A DNA stretch of 64,000 bases. It comes from an uncultured Chthonomonadaceae bacterium (lineage in GTDB: Bacteria; Armatimonadota; Chthonomonadetes; Chthonomonadales; Chthonomonadaceae). The notes under the pieces are model-generated. The model worked only from the letters and a program-made list of their open reading frames with translations, searched no databases and was not told where the DNA came from. The position numbers were made by a program, and so were the translations under genes. The stretch lies in NCBI GenBank assembly GCA_963835065.1, contig CAWIEK010000041.1, forward strand, positions 1 through 64,000, given 5' to 3'. This document shows, in pieces, positions 1-9,794 of the stretch; position 1 is the stretch's first letter, and each line of letters begins with the position of its first letter.

Positions 1-9
1 GCGCGTGGG

Positions 10-1159
10 CTATTTGCCGACGACGATGATCGAAAACGAACCGGGAACCATCGGCGCGCGTCCGCCGCGTCCGCCGCCCGGCCTGCCCTGTCCACCTTGT
101 CCGCCTGCCTGTGGCGCAGGCGCTGCCGCCGCCGGGGGCGCTGCCGGGTCTGCGGGAGGAGGCGCGGGCGCTCCGTACTCGGCGGCAATCAGGTAAACCT
201 TGCCCGTTTTGCTGTCCAGCGTCATGGTCTTTGCGCCGGTCATGGTCTTGACGGTCTGTTCCACCGCAAAGCTGGCCGGTGCGTCGCCCTTTTTGGTTTC
301 TTTAATGACCGTCAGTGTGCCGTCGCCCTGCGAACTGAAACATTCCATCGTTTTCGGGTTGAACGCCGCGCCGTCGCAGCCTCGGCCAATGGGAACGTCG
401 CCCAGATACTTGCCGTCGTTGGCGTCCAGCATCACCATCACCTGCGGCGTCGCGGCAGGCGACGAACAGAACGTGGTTCTTCGCGTCCAGCGCCAGTCCC
501 GCGTTGCCGCCGCCCTTGCCGTTGAGGCTGTACTGCCCGGTCACTTTCATCGTTGCCGCGTCTATAACGGCCACGCTGTCTTTGTCTTCGATGTCCACAT
601 AGATGTGGCCCTTGCCGTCCGTTGCCGCCTGTTCGGGAGCGCCGCCTAAATCAATCGTGCCAAGCACGGTCCCGTCCGCCGCATCCAGTACCGTTGCGTT
701 GGGCGCGCTGTGGCTGAAAATGTAAACCCGGTGGTTGAAAGCATCGGCTAAAATGCCGTCCGGCCTGCCGTCTACCGGAATGGTTTTCACCAGCGCCATC
801 GTTTTCGTGTCCCACATCGCCACGGGCTTGCTGGACGCGAAGCCATGATGGGACTGCGCATCCGAAGCCGCGCCCCGCGCATTGGTCATCGGAATTTCAC
901 CCGCAGATTCCAGCGTGTCGAGATTGAACGCGGAAACGCGCGGCATTGGCCCGGAACGCGCAATATACAAGCGGCGTCCATCCGCGTCCGCGTACACATA
1001 ATCGAAGCCGCCCTCGCCGCCCACTTTGGCGGTTTTCTGCACATGGTAAGGACCGGCAGTAGTGGCTTGCGCCGTTGTTTCCGCAGGGGGCTGCTGCGCC
1101 AATCCGGTTGCTCCAACAATCGCAAGCCCGGCTGCCAGGGATGGGAAAAAGAATTTCAT
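10..1159 (-). CDS. Secreted YncE/YVTN-like beta-propeller protein (frameshift near 445)
   Basis: Signal peptide, GGEGGFDYVYAD start and propeller repeats. ORF 302..1174 continues into ORF 10..441 after a 1-nt shift. Confidence 0.8.
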
Positions 1160-1424
1160 TGTTGCTGCCTCCACAAATCAAAAAAACAAAATCAGAAAAC
1201 AAGAAAACACGATTGACAATGCCCGATAGGTTTCGCGCCACGAATTAGGACACGAAGCAGGCAGAAGAAGTATCCCGAAGTGGCATGCCCGCCCACAGCG
1301 ATTTTACTACGTAGAGATTTACTACTAAATTAGACTGACGAGTTCGTCAGTAGTTAGCATCATTTTTTCAAGTCTGCTCGCTAATATAAGCCCAACGTGG
1401 TTTACGAGGACTTTGAAGAAAAGC

Positions 1425-4133
1425 CTAATGCCGTGGCTTAACTTCCTCGTCGGCTATCTTGATAGCGTCAGCCAAAGACATGGCAAAGCCCTGTTCATGC
1501 TGCGCTTCGTAGGCTGCCTCCGTTCCTATCGCTTGTTTCAGGTCGGCAATCAGCTTGTCATAGTATTCTGCCCTGTCCGGTTTCGGCAAGGGGCTGCCGA
1601 TCCCTTTGCGAATTTTGTCAGCCGCGCCAATAAGGACCGCGGACTGATTGGGGCTGTCCTGATGCGCGAAGGCCGCAATTCGCTCGAAGATCAAAGCCAG
1701 GCGGCCCTTATCCTTGATTTCGCTGAACAACTCAAGGCTCTCGGCATATTCCCGGCGGGCCTCATCCAAATTATTCAGCCTGCAATCAATGTTGCCAAGC
1801 GCAAGCAAAGCGGTGGCTATCGCGCGAGTCTCGTCAGCTCCTCGGAAGAAGGTAAGGCTCGCGCGGATGTGCTGGGCCGCCTGCTCATAATTCTGTTGGG
1901 AACGCGCAAGGTTGCCGAGTTCATAAAGCGACTCGGCTTTATCCTTGTCTGTCTTGCTTGTCTGATAAGCGTTGTTCAGGTGTTCTTCTGCATCTTCCCA
2001 CTGCCTTTGGTGCCAGGCTAGAACGCCCAAATGTCGCAGAACGCGCGCCGCTCCCGACGAGTCGCCATGCGCCTGAAACGCCTCCAAGCTCTCATCGTAA
2101 AGCTCCTGGGCGCGCGGAAACTCACCGATATGCCGCGAAAGATGCCCTGCCACTGATGCCGCTTCCGCCCATTCAGGAAGGCTCTTGTCTGCTTTCTTTA
2201 GAAGCGCCTCAATGCGCTCAATTCCCATATTAGCGTAACCGCGCATCCACCAGAAATTCCAAAGTTCGGCAGCCACGCGCAGTCCCAAAGGAACATTCTT
2301 ACTCACGCACCATTCCAGCGCCGCGCTCAAGTTTTGGAGGTCCGCTTCCAGTCGGTCTACCTTCTTCTTGTTTGCAGGCTCCGTTTTCTTGATTAGAGGA
2401 GCCGTTGTTTCGGCCAGTGTCAGATAATACTTTGCCAATCTTTTCTTCATATCGCTGCTTTCTCGCGGAGTAGGGAAGGATGCTGCCGCAGGGGGAGGAT
2501 TCGCCAGTTTTTCTGCTGCGTAGGCACGGGTAAAACGGTGAAAGCGATAGCGCTGGATACCGTCCACCTCGGCGTATTGCAGCAGAGATACATCATAAAG
2601 AGCATCCAGCAAGCCTTCATTCTTATCCGCATGTTTGTTCGAGACAACATCAACGGCTTCCTCTGTGAAACTGTCGGCGAAGAGACTGAGGACAGCAAAA
2701 AACCGTTGCGCTTCCTCTGCCAGCAGGCTGAAAGACCAATCCAGAGAGCGCGTCAACGAATCATGGCGTTTGGACGGCATCGCGCGCCCTGCCTTAACCG
2801 GAACTCCGCTCATCTGCCCCAACGGGGTCTCCTGCAAGCCATCGGCGATTTTCTGAATGGTGCGGTTTCCTGACCATCCGGCAGCCAGTTCAATCGCCAG
2901 CGGAATGCCTTCCGTCAGCGTCACAATGCGCTGAATATTGGTTTCGTCGTCAAGGGTCGGTATCCATTCTTCGCCACGACTTGTACGACGCGCATAAGCC
3001 ACAAACATCTCCCGCGCCTGCTGTCGTTCCATACCCGCATCCATCGAAACGATGCGTTCGCGATCCGACAAGCCTACCGTAGTACGCCCGGTTACGAGCA
3101 GACGCAGAGCGTTCGTCTTAAAGATAAGGTCGCCCAAAAAACAGCGTACCTCCTCGCTTTGCGCGGACTCGTAGTTATCCAGTATCAACAAGCTTTTGGA
3201 GTGTCGAAGCGACGTCAGCAGAGTGTCCGGCTGCACCTCCGCTCCGTTTAATGTCATGATCTTTCCAATGGCTTCAGCCATAGCCTCGCGCGTACAGGAA
3301 CTTAGTTCCGACAGGTCAACAAAATACACGCCATCCTCATAGCGCCCGGCTATCTCCAGCGCGCAGGCGATTGCCAGCCGTGTCTTTCCCATACCGCCGT
3401 CCGCCAGCAACGTTACCAGACGGCTTTTGGTCAGATAATCCATAACTGTCTGTTGCAACTGCGGGCGTGGGATGTAACAATCGGACTCGCCCTGATACCA
3501 TTCCGGTAGCCAGCGGCTTCCTGCCGCAAACGGCTTCTGATCTGCAAAGTAAAGAATTTCGTACAGGTCATGAGGACCGGGGAAACTTTTCAGAAGGCAT
3601 CCAGGCAGAAGATGTACGGCGCAGGGCGGTTGTTCGTAGCCGCTGAGTTTGCGCGCGTGGTTGTACGTCGCCTGCGACACGATGATATGCCCACCCGGAC
3701 TGTAGCCGCCAACACGCGCCGCGTAATTAGTGTCACTGCCGGGATATTCCGGCAAACCGTTTTCCATCAGAGTTGGCTTGCGCTGGTCAACGGTGGTATG
3801 GACGCCAATTCGCACCTTGACTTTATACGTCTTGCCGTCTTCAGTATACTCGATAGGATTGGCATGGAGCGCCTGCTGAAATGCGACTACGCAGGTCAAT
3901 GCATCATCGGCAAATTGGAAGACCAGCAGATGCCCATCTCCGGCCCTATGTATTTCATGGCCGTTATGTTTAGCGGCAAGTTTCAGCAGGAGATTGCGGT
4001 GTGGGTCACGCAATTCCCGCTCGTATGTTCCAATGCGCGTCCGCTCCAATTCCGAAGTCATGCTGGAGGAATTTTCGATGTCCGTAAACACCAACGTGAT
4101 ATTGCCCACCGGGTAAGCGCTGACATCCAACAT
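1425..4133 (-). CDS. Class III nucleotidyl cyclase - STAND (NB-ARC-like) ATPase - TPR fusion, 902 aa
   Basis: Cyclase motifs LVFTDIENSS, AGDG, VRIGVHT and NYAARV. Walker A-like ADGGMGKT, Walker B LLILDNYE, GIPLAIELAA, RHDSLTRSLDWSF, then C-terminal TPR helices. RBS AGAGGAG upstream of the ATG. Confidence 0.9.
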   Translation of the reverse strand: MLDVSAYPVGNITLVFTDIENSSSMTSELERTRIGTYERELRDPHRNLLLKLAAKHNGHEIHRAGDGHLLVFQFADDALTCVVAFQQALHANPIEYTEDGKTYKVKVRIGVHTTVDQRKPTLMENGLPEYPGSDTNYAARVGGYSPGGHIIVSQATYNHARKLSGYEQPPCAVHLLPGCLLKSFPGPHDLYEILYFADQKPFAAGSRWLPEWYQGESDCYIPRPQLQQTVMDYLTKSRLVTLLADGGMGKTRLAIACALEIAGRYEDGVYFVDLSELSSCTREAMAEAIGKIMTLNGAEVQPDTLLTSLRHSKSLLILDNYESAQSEEVRCFLGDLIFKTNALRLLVTGRTTVGLSDRERIVSMDAGMERQQAREMFVAYARRTSRGEEWIPTLDDETNIQRIVTLTEGIPLAIELAAGWSGNRTIQKIADGLQETPLGQMSGVPVKAGRAMPSKRHDSLTRSLDWSFSLLAEEAQRFFAVLSLFADSFTEEAVDVVSNKHADKNEGLLDALYDVSLLQYAEVDGIQRYRFHRFTRAYAAEKLANPPPAAASFPTPRESSDMKKRLAKYYLTLAETTAPLIKKTEPANKKKVDRLEADLQNLSAALEWCVSKNVPLGLRVAAELWNFWWMRGYANMGIERIEALLKKADKSLPEWAEAASVAGHLSRHIGEFPRAQELYDESLEAFQAHGDSSGAARVLRHLGVLAWHQRQWEDAEEHLNNAYQTSKTDKDKAESLYELGNLARSQQNYEQAAQHIRASLTFFRGADETRAIATALLALGNIDCRLNNLDEARREYAESLELFSEIKDKGRLALIFERIAAFAHQDSPNQSAVLIGAADKIRKGIGSPLPKPDRAEYYDKLIADLKQAIGTEAAYEAQHEQGFAMSLADAIKIADEEVKPRH

Positions 4134-4230
4134 TTGAACTGTACTCCTCTGCGTTCCCGCAGCGACTTTACCATAACATCTTTACCGTAACAGCGTTATC
4201 GCAACAAAGCATTGCAACTGAATTACGACA

Positions 4231-4941
4231 TTAGCGCAACGACGTAACAAGGACGGCTAGTAGCGCAAGGGCGATGCTGGCGGCAAGGGACCAGACCGCC
4301 AACGTGACCTGGCGATGCTTTTTCCGCGATACCCGCGCATTCATCCAAACCTGCTGCGAAACTTGCTCGAATACCACTTCCTCGCTGCCCAACGCTTTTG
4401 CCTGCGCCTGGTACGCTTCCTTTGTTTTGAACTCAGCGATATGTCCAAAGAAGAGCAGCGAAGCCGTCTTGGGATCATGCGTGGCGTGAAACCGAGTCGT
4501 CTTGGGATTGATGCACGAAAGGCAACAGCCCGCGGAAACCAGCAACGCTGCGCCACTGAAAACAGCAAGAATCAGCGCGGCAAGGCTGGCGCGCACAACA
4601 TCCGCGTTGTTTTTGAGCGCAGACAGGATTGTGGCAAGCACAACGCCATTCGCGGTAAGCAGGGCGCCAGCCTTGATGTCGGCGAACCGAATCCACTCGC
4701 TGTTGGCCTGGTAGATTCTCCACTGCATTTCCGCCGCTTTGGCAAAATCAGTGACGATAGGCTGCACACCAACAATAGGAGTTGTAGACTGTGTACCGAC
4801 AACAGGAGCGTCGGTCGCAAGCGGGGCGTTTGACACGGCAATGCTGCCTGCCTTAACACCACTGTTGTTGGCAATGGGCGTCAGGAGGGGAGTAGTGTTG
4901 GCTTTTGGCGTCGCTTTGCGCTGAACTGTCTGTCGTGCCAT
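4231..4941 (-). CDS. Pycsar effector-like (PycTM/DUF5706) transmembrane protein
   Basis: EWIRFADIKAGALL, two TM helices, SLLFFGHIA, QVWMNARVSRKKH and a final TM helix match the PycTM pattern. ATG at 4941 with GGAGG RBS. Confidence 0.82.
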   Translation of the reverse strand: MARQTVQRKATPKANTTPLLTPIANNSGVKAGSIAVSNAPLATDAPVVGTQSTTPIVGVQPIVTDFAKAAEMQWRIYQANSEWIRFADIKAGALLTANGVVLATILSALKNNADVVRASLAALILAVFSGAALLVSAGCCLSCINPKTTRFHATHDPKTASLLFFGHIAEFKTKEAYQAQAKALGSEEVVFEQVSQQVWMNARVSRKKHRQVTLAVWSLAASIALALLAVLVTSLR

Positions 4942-5313
4942 TAAAAGCCTCCATACCGGCGTGTTGGCTCTAAATAGAAATTGTAAAAGCAGGAGCAAAC
5001 GTTAGCGTTCTGTCTTTCGTTTTGTTCCCTACTCCTTTAACATTCAACACCCGTGTTTCGTTCTCAGCCATCATCTATCTCCGTCCTATTTATAACAAAT
5101 TTGTGAAAGAATCGCGGCGTTGCTATAACCTTTTCCTGCCGAACTGCCGAACATCGAAGTGAGCTATGCGTTTCCGGCGATGTAAGCGCTGCGCTCCACA
5201 TGTTCCGCCACAAACATGCCCGGCATGTTCTTAGCGCGACATGTTCCTCACTCCTACCCGTGCCTGTCATGGATTGACGGGCCGATTTTCGCCTGACTCA
5301 TGGAGGTATTATC

Positions 5314-6075
5314 ATGGGCGAAGCGCCATTAACCCATCTGTGGAAGATGTGCAAGCAGCACAAGGACCAGGACGCGCGCAGTCAGATCATTCAGCGTTAC
5401 GCGCACCTCGTTTCCATTACCGCCGGACGCCTGTTCGGGCCAATGCCTTCCGGCGTGGAGCGCGACGACCTTGTCGGCGCGGGCGTCGTCGGATTGGTGA
5501 AAGCCGTAGACCAGTTCGATCCGGGACGGGGCATCAAGTTCGAGACGTATGCCATTACCCTGATACGCGGCGCGATTCTGGAAATGCTGCGCGGCGACGA
5601 CTGGGTTCCCCGCCTCGTCCGCGACCAGCAGAAGCAGTTGAAACAAGCGTATATGCGCCTGGAAGCCAAACTGGGACGCCCGGCCACCGAAGAAGAAGTC
5701 GCCGCAGAACTCGGTATCACCACCGATAAACTCGACAAGATACTCAACAACATCGGGCGTACCGGCGTCCTTTCCCTCGACGACCTGCGCATGGGCAGCG
5801 AACAGCAGCGCCTGATTGACACCCTGCCCACTGATGACCTGTCTCCACTCGAATGTGTGGCCGTGCGCGACCGCCAGCGCGCTCTTGCCACCGCCGTAGA
5901 CAAACTCCCGGACCGCGAACGTACCGTCGTTGCCCTGTACTACCACGAAGGACTGACCTTCAAGGAGATCGGCACTGTCCTGACCGTTTCCGAATCCCGC
6001 GCCTATCAGCTCCACTCCCAGGCCGTCACGCGCCTGCGCGGGTATCTCAACCCCGAAGTGGAATTGTTTCCCTGA
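5314..6075 (+). CDS. fliA: RNA polymerase sigma factor, FliA/WhiG family
   Basis: DDLVGAGVVGL, FDPGRGIKFETYA, IRGAILEMLRGDDWVPR and region 4 LTFKEIG..SESRAYQLH. Confidence 0.92.
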   Translation: MGEAPLTHLWKMCKQHKDQDARSQIIQRYAHLVSITAGRLFGPMPSGVERDDLVGAGVVGLVKAVDQFDPGRGIKFETYAITLIRGAILEMLRGDDWVPRLVRDQQKQLKQAYMRLEAKLGRPATEEEVAAELGITTDKLDKILNNIGRTGVLSLDDLRMGSEQQRLIDTLPTDDLSPLECVAVRDRQRALATAVDKLPDRERTVVALYYHEGLTFKEIGTVLTVSESRAYQLHSQAVTRLRGYLNPEVELFP

Positions 6076-6090
6076 CACATACAACTGCAA

Positions 6091-6158
6091 GCCAAAACTC
6101 CCGACCTGTGCGCGAACCTGCCTGTGCAGGCGCGTACCGGTGGGGAGTTTTGGCTTTT
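6091..6158 (+). terminator. Stem-loop downstream of fliA, likely terminator
   Basis: gccaaaactccc ... ggggagttttggc followed by a T run. Confidence 0.55.
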
Positions 6159-6252
6159 ATAATTTTTTCTTTTCCCGGCAGGATTATAAATAGAAGATAA
6201 CGAACCTTTCCCTGTAATATAAACCGATGTAGTTGTAAGGGAGGATACGTTT

Positions 6253-7896
6253 ATGACCTGCTTGAGAAGCCTTGTGGTGCTGCTGTCGTGCCTGGTTCTG
6301 CTGTCCGGCTGTGGAAGCGGAAAGGGGAGCGGTAGCAGAACCACGCCCGTCAAGCTGAGTATCGTCTGGAGCCAGCGCAGCCGCGCCGTCAACGCGCCCG
6401 CTTCCGCGCTTTCCGCCATCGTCACCCTTGCCAAAGCCGGCCCTGCGGGCGCGGATTTTACCTACAGCGTCAACCGCGAAGCCGCGCCCCAAACCTATAC
6501 GGGCAATTACACCACTCTCAGCAGCGCGAAGATCGGCGTCGCGCCCTTCACCATACGCTTTTACGCGCAGCCAAACGGAACCGGGGCGGTTGTGGGTATC
6601 GCGCAGGCGACCGTGACAATCAAAGCGGACGGCACGGGGATTGGCAGCGTTTCCACCGCCAACACCATCGCGTCGGTTGCCATCACAGCAGGGCAAAAAG
6701 TTCGCGTCGGGCAAACAACCGACCTGGCCTTTACCGCCCTCGACGCGCAGGGGAACATGGTTGCCGTGACGCCGGGTTCCGCCGCGTTTACGGTTGCCGG
6801 TGGCGCGGACAAGCTCCAGATCGTCAACGGGCAGGCCAAAGGCATAGCCGTCGGCACGGCTGCCGTCAGCGTCACGCTTGACGGCAAGGCCGGCGCGAAT
6901 ACGGATGTCGCCATCGCGCCCCTGACGCCCACCGCCTACGCCTTTACCGACCTGGGAACACTGCCCGGCGATACGGAGTCAGGCGCCACAAGTATCAATT
7001 CCCAGGGAACCATCGTCGGCTATAGCTACCGCGCGTCTTCCGGGGACAGCAACAACACGGCGGCTGTGGCAGCGCCACATGCCGTGATCTGGCGAAACGG
7101 CGTGATTGCCGACATGGGGATTCTCTCTTCGGGGGATACTATCATGCCTGTTCAGATCAATGACGTCGAGCAAGTGACCGGCACGATTGGCAATCGGTCT
7201 TTCTACTGGGCCAACGGCCTCACCACCGATCTTGGGATGCTCAGTGGCACCGATTATATCAGCGCGCGGTCTATCAACAACAACAGCGTCATTGTCGGCT
7301 ACGCGATAAGCAATACTGGGCTTGATTACCACGCTTTTACATGGCAAAAAGGAAGCCTGACCGATCTGGGCGCATTCAAGGCGAACGCTATCAACGACGC
7401 CGGCGTGATTACCGGGAGCAGCGCAAAAACGGAACAGCAAAGCGGGCAGGCCATCACCTGGCAGAACGGAGCGTTCACAAACATCGGCCCCGATATTGCC
7501 GGCGAGGGAACCGTGATTAATGCCGCCGGCCATGTCGCCGGTGACTACTATAACTACGACACGGACACTTTCTTATGGAAAGACGGCGCGTTCACGGATC
7601 CGGGCATGCTGACACATCGTTCCGCGCCGCAACGCTCGATATTTGTTGGCTTCATTGTGCCCTACAGTCTTAACGACTCGGACCAAGTTGTGGGCGAAGG
7701 GGGGCTAAGTCCGATTATATCCGATTCTTATGCCTTTCTTTATAGCGAGGGTAAACTCGTTGATCTGAGTACCTTCCTTCCGGCCAATTCCGGCTGGGAC
7801 CTTGCCCGCGCAAAGAGCATCAACAACAACGGCATGATTGTCGGAGAAGGTACAATCAACGGCCATACGCGCGCTTTCTTGCTGACCCCGCAATAA
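6253..7896 (+). CDS. Lipoprotein with Ig-like domain and HAF-family extracellular repeats
   Basis: Lipobox LSGC; repeats such as TDLGTLPG, INNNSVIVG and YHAFTWQKG; C-terminal RAFLLTP. Confidence 0.85.
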   Translation: MTCLRSLVVLLSCLVLLSGCGSGKGSGSRTTPVKLSIVWSQRSRAVNAPASALSAIVTLAKAGPAGADFTYSVNREAAPQTYTGNYTTLSSAKIGVAPFTIRFYAQPNGTGAVVGIAQATVTIKADGTGIGSVSTANTIASVAITAGQKVRVGQTTDLAFTALDAQGNMVAVTPGSAAFTVAGGADKLQIVNGQAKGIAVGTAAVSVTLDGKAGANTDVAIAPLTPTAYAFTDLGTLPGDTESGATSINSQGTIVGYSYRASSGDSNNTAAVAAPHAVIWRNGVIADMGILSSGDTIMPVQINDVEQVTGTIGNRSFYWANGLTTDLGMLSGTDYISARSINNNSVIVGYAISNTGLDYHAFTWQKGSLTDLGAFKANAINDAGVITGSSAKTEQQSGQAITWQNGAFTNIGPDIAGEGTVINAAGHVAGDYYNYDTDTFLWKDGAFTDPGMLTHRSAPQRSIFVGFIVPYSLNDSDQVVGEGGLSPIISDSYAFLYSEGKLVDLSTFLPANSGWDLARAKSINNNGMIVGEGTINGHTRAFLLTPQ

Positions 7897-8058
7897 ATCT
7901 ACGCTTCCCGGCCCAGGTTCCGCCCAGGCATCCCAAGCGGAGTAACTTCGCGTGGATACTTAATGCGCCTGCGCCCAATTCTGCGTCACGGACGCGAATG
8001 GCGTTCCCATCCCGGAACGCCATTCGCGCGTATTCGCGGCGAACCTCCCCTTCCCATT

Positions 8059-8400
8059 TCATCGCCGAACCCGCGCCGCCAGTTCCTTCAAACTCACCTT
8101 GATTTCCGTCAAATCCGTTCGCACCTGCGCCAGCGTGTCGTCGGTCTTGTCTACCCGGTGATGCAGATCCGCCCGGTCCGCAATGCTGATCTGATTCTGG
8201 TACTCGCAGGTGCTGACCCGCGTATTCAGCAGCGAATACCCCGTACCCGCCGCCACCAGCAGCGTAATCCACGCCGGCGCTTTCTCAAACAGCGTGTTCA
8301 CCGTCCACCCCGCCGGACGGGGAGCCTGCATCTGCTCCCGTTGCTGCGCCACCTGCGCCCGCACAATCTCTTTCGCCAAATCTTCGTATTCGCCAGACAT
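8059..8400 (-). CDS. Single-TM coiled-coil protein, holin-like (XhlA-like)
   Basis: One hydrophobic helix (WITLLVAAGTGYSLL) then a coiled coil; last gene of the module. Confidence 0.45.
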   Translation of the reverse strand: MSGEYEDLAKEIVRAQVAQQREQMQAPRPAGWTVNTLFEKAPAWITLLVAAGTGYSLLNTRVSTCEYQNQISIADRADLHHRVDKTDDTLAQVRTDLTEIKVSLKELAARVRR

Positions 8401-8418
8401 TGGTGTCTCCGGGAAAGG

Positions 8419-8515
8419 AGGCATAGGCATTAGGCATTAGGCACTAGCAGGCAGGCACAAACACTTTTCCCTTCTGCCTTCTTCCCTAATGCCCAATGCC
8501 TAATGCCTAATGCCT
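8419..8515. repeat. Inverted pair of heptamer arrays (TAGGCAT)n/(ATGCCTA)n
   Basis: Same family at 12046-12139, 12641-12757, 15685-15742 and about 55700-55750. Confidence 0.9.
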
Positions 8516-8521
8516 TCCTCC

Positions 8522-8914
8522 TCACTGCCTCTGCGCAATCACATGCCGCGCCAGAACCACGCCCGCGTATACTTCCGGCTGTGTGCCGATTGTCAGCCAG
8601 GTCGCGCCCTGATACGGCCCGATCACGTCGCCGCTTGTAATCGCCACCCCGCCCGCGCAGACAAAATCCATCGTCATGGCGGCCGCGATGTTGATAACGC
8701 CCTCGTATTGCAGCCGCGTCAACGTGGAAGCGCTGATAGGCTGCGGCACAAACGCAATGTTGCGCGTCAGCGCCCCGCTGCCGCCCTGCCCTGCCGTCGT
8801 CACCGCAAGTGATTGCCCCACCCGCGCAATCTGTTCCTGCATCGCCGCCGCCAGCCGCGCGCCTTCGCCCAAATCCTCCCGGCTGTTCCCCCGCCCGCCA
8901 CTCTCCATTCGCAT
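8522..8914 (-). CDS. Putative head-closure/stopper protein
   Basis: 130 aa beta-rich protein with ITSGDVI..YQGATW, located directly after the adaptor. Confidence 0.5.
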   Translation of the reverse strand: MRMESGGRGNSREDLGEGARLAAAMQEQIARVGQSLAVTTAGQGGSGALTRNIAFVPQPISASTLTRLQYEGVINIAAAMTMDFVCAGGVAITSGDVIGPYQGATWLTIGTQPEVYAGVVLARHVIAQRQ

Positions 8915-8954
8915 AACTTCTCACCTGCCTTCCACTTTCACTCTCCACTCTCAC

Positions 8955-9656
8955 TTACCAATCCCCCGCCGCAAACACAGGATCGGGCGAAACCACAACC
9001 GGCGTTGTCAAAACGATGCCGCGCAACTGTTGGGCGCGTTCCTGCAAGGCCGCGCACACGCCCGCTTCGTTGCTGCCCAATGCGCCCACCTTCACCACCA
9101 ATGCCATGCGCGCGCGATCCGTCGCCATCACTTCCAATCCCAGACTCGCCGCCAGAAGCGGAACGCCGCCCGCATCGCTCAAAAATTGCGTCCACTCCGC
9201 ATCACTGAAAACGGCTGTCGCCACATCCGTATCCAGCCCGTACAACCGCGCCTGCCCGATAGCCGTTGCCACATCATACGTCGCCGCCACTTCCACGCCC
9301 GCCAGAATTCGCGCCTGCACTTCACACGCCAGTTCGCGCGTCAGTCCGTCCGCAGTAGAGCGCGCGGCAAACACAAACCGTGCCACATACGCGCCGGGGT
9401 TCAGCCCGTTCGTGTTCAGCACAAACCAGATCAGCGGCGCGGCCAATGCCGTGCCCTGATAACTCGTAGCCGGAATCGCAACCCCGTCAAAACCCGCCAC
9501 CGCCCTTCCCAAACCATCCAGCAGCGTAAACGCCGGGGCGCTATACGGGCTTGCCGGCGCGCTCACAATCGTCACGGTATCATTCGGCGCGGCAATCGCC
9601 TGCCCGTACACAGGCCGTATCTCGCCCTGCCGCAAGGTAATGCTTGCTTCGTACAT
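8955..9656 (-). CDS. Head-to-tail adaptor with extra N-terminal beta domain
   Basis: C-terminal half TYDVATAIGQARLYGLDTD..FSDAEW..LLAASLGLE resembles SPP1 gp15-type adaptors. Confidence 0.6.
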   Translation of the reverse strand: MYEASITLRQGEIRPVYGQAIAAPNDTVTIVSAPASPYSAPAFTLLDGLGRAVAGFDGVAIPATSYQGTALAAPLIWFVLNTNGLNPGAYVARFVFAARSTADGLTRELACEVQARILAGVEVAATYDVATAIGQARLYGLDTDVATAVFSDAEWTQFLSDAGGVPLLAASLGLEVMATDRARMALVVKVGALGSNEAGVCAALQERAQQLRGIVLTTPVVVSPDPVFAAGDW

Positions 9657-9668
9657 GGGAACTCCAGA

Positions 9669-9790
9669 AGTAGTCAGTAGCGAGTAGTCAGTAGTCAGTA
9701 GAAGAACCCGTTTTCCAACTACTGCTATCGCGCGCAGCCGTGAGTAGCCGAGCATTTCTACTGGCTACTGACTACTCGCTACTGACTACT
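9669..9790. repeat. Inverted pair of heptamer arrays (TAGTCAG)n/(CTGACTA)n
   Basis: Same family at 47920-48044. Confidence 0.9.
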
Positions 9791-9794
9791 ACCC

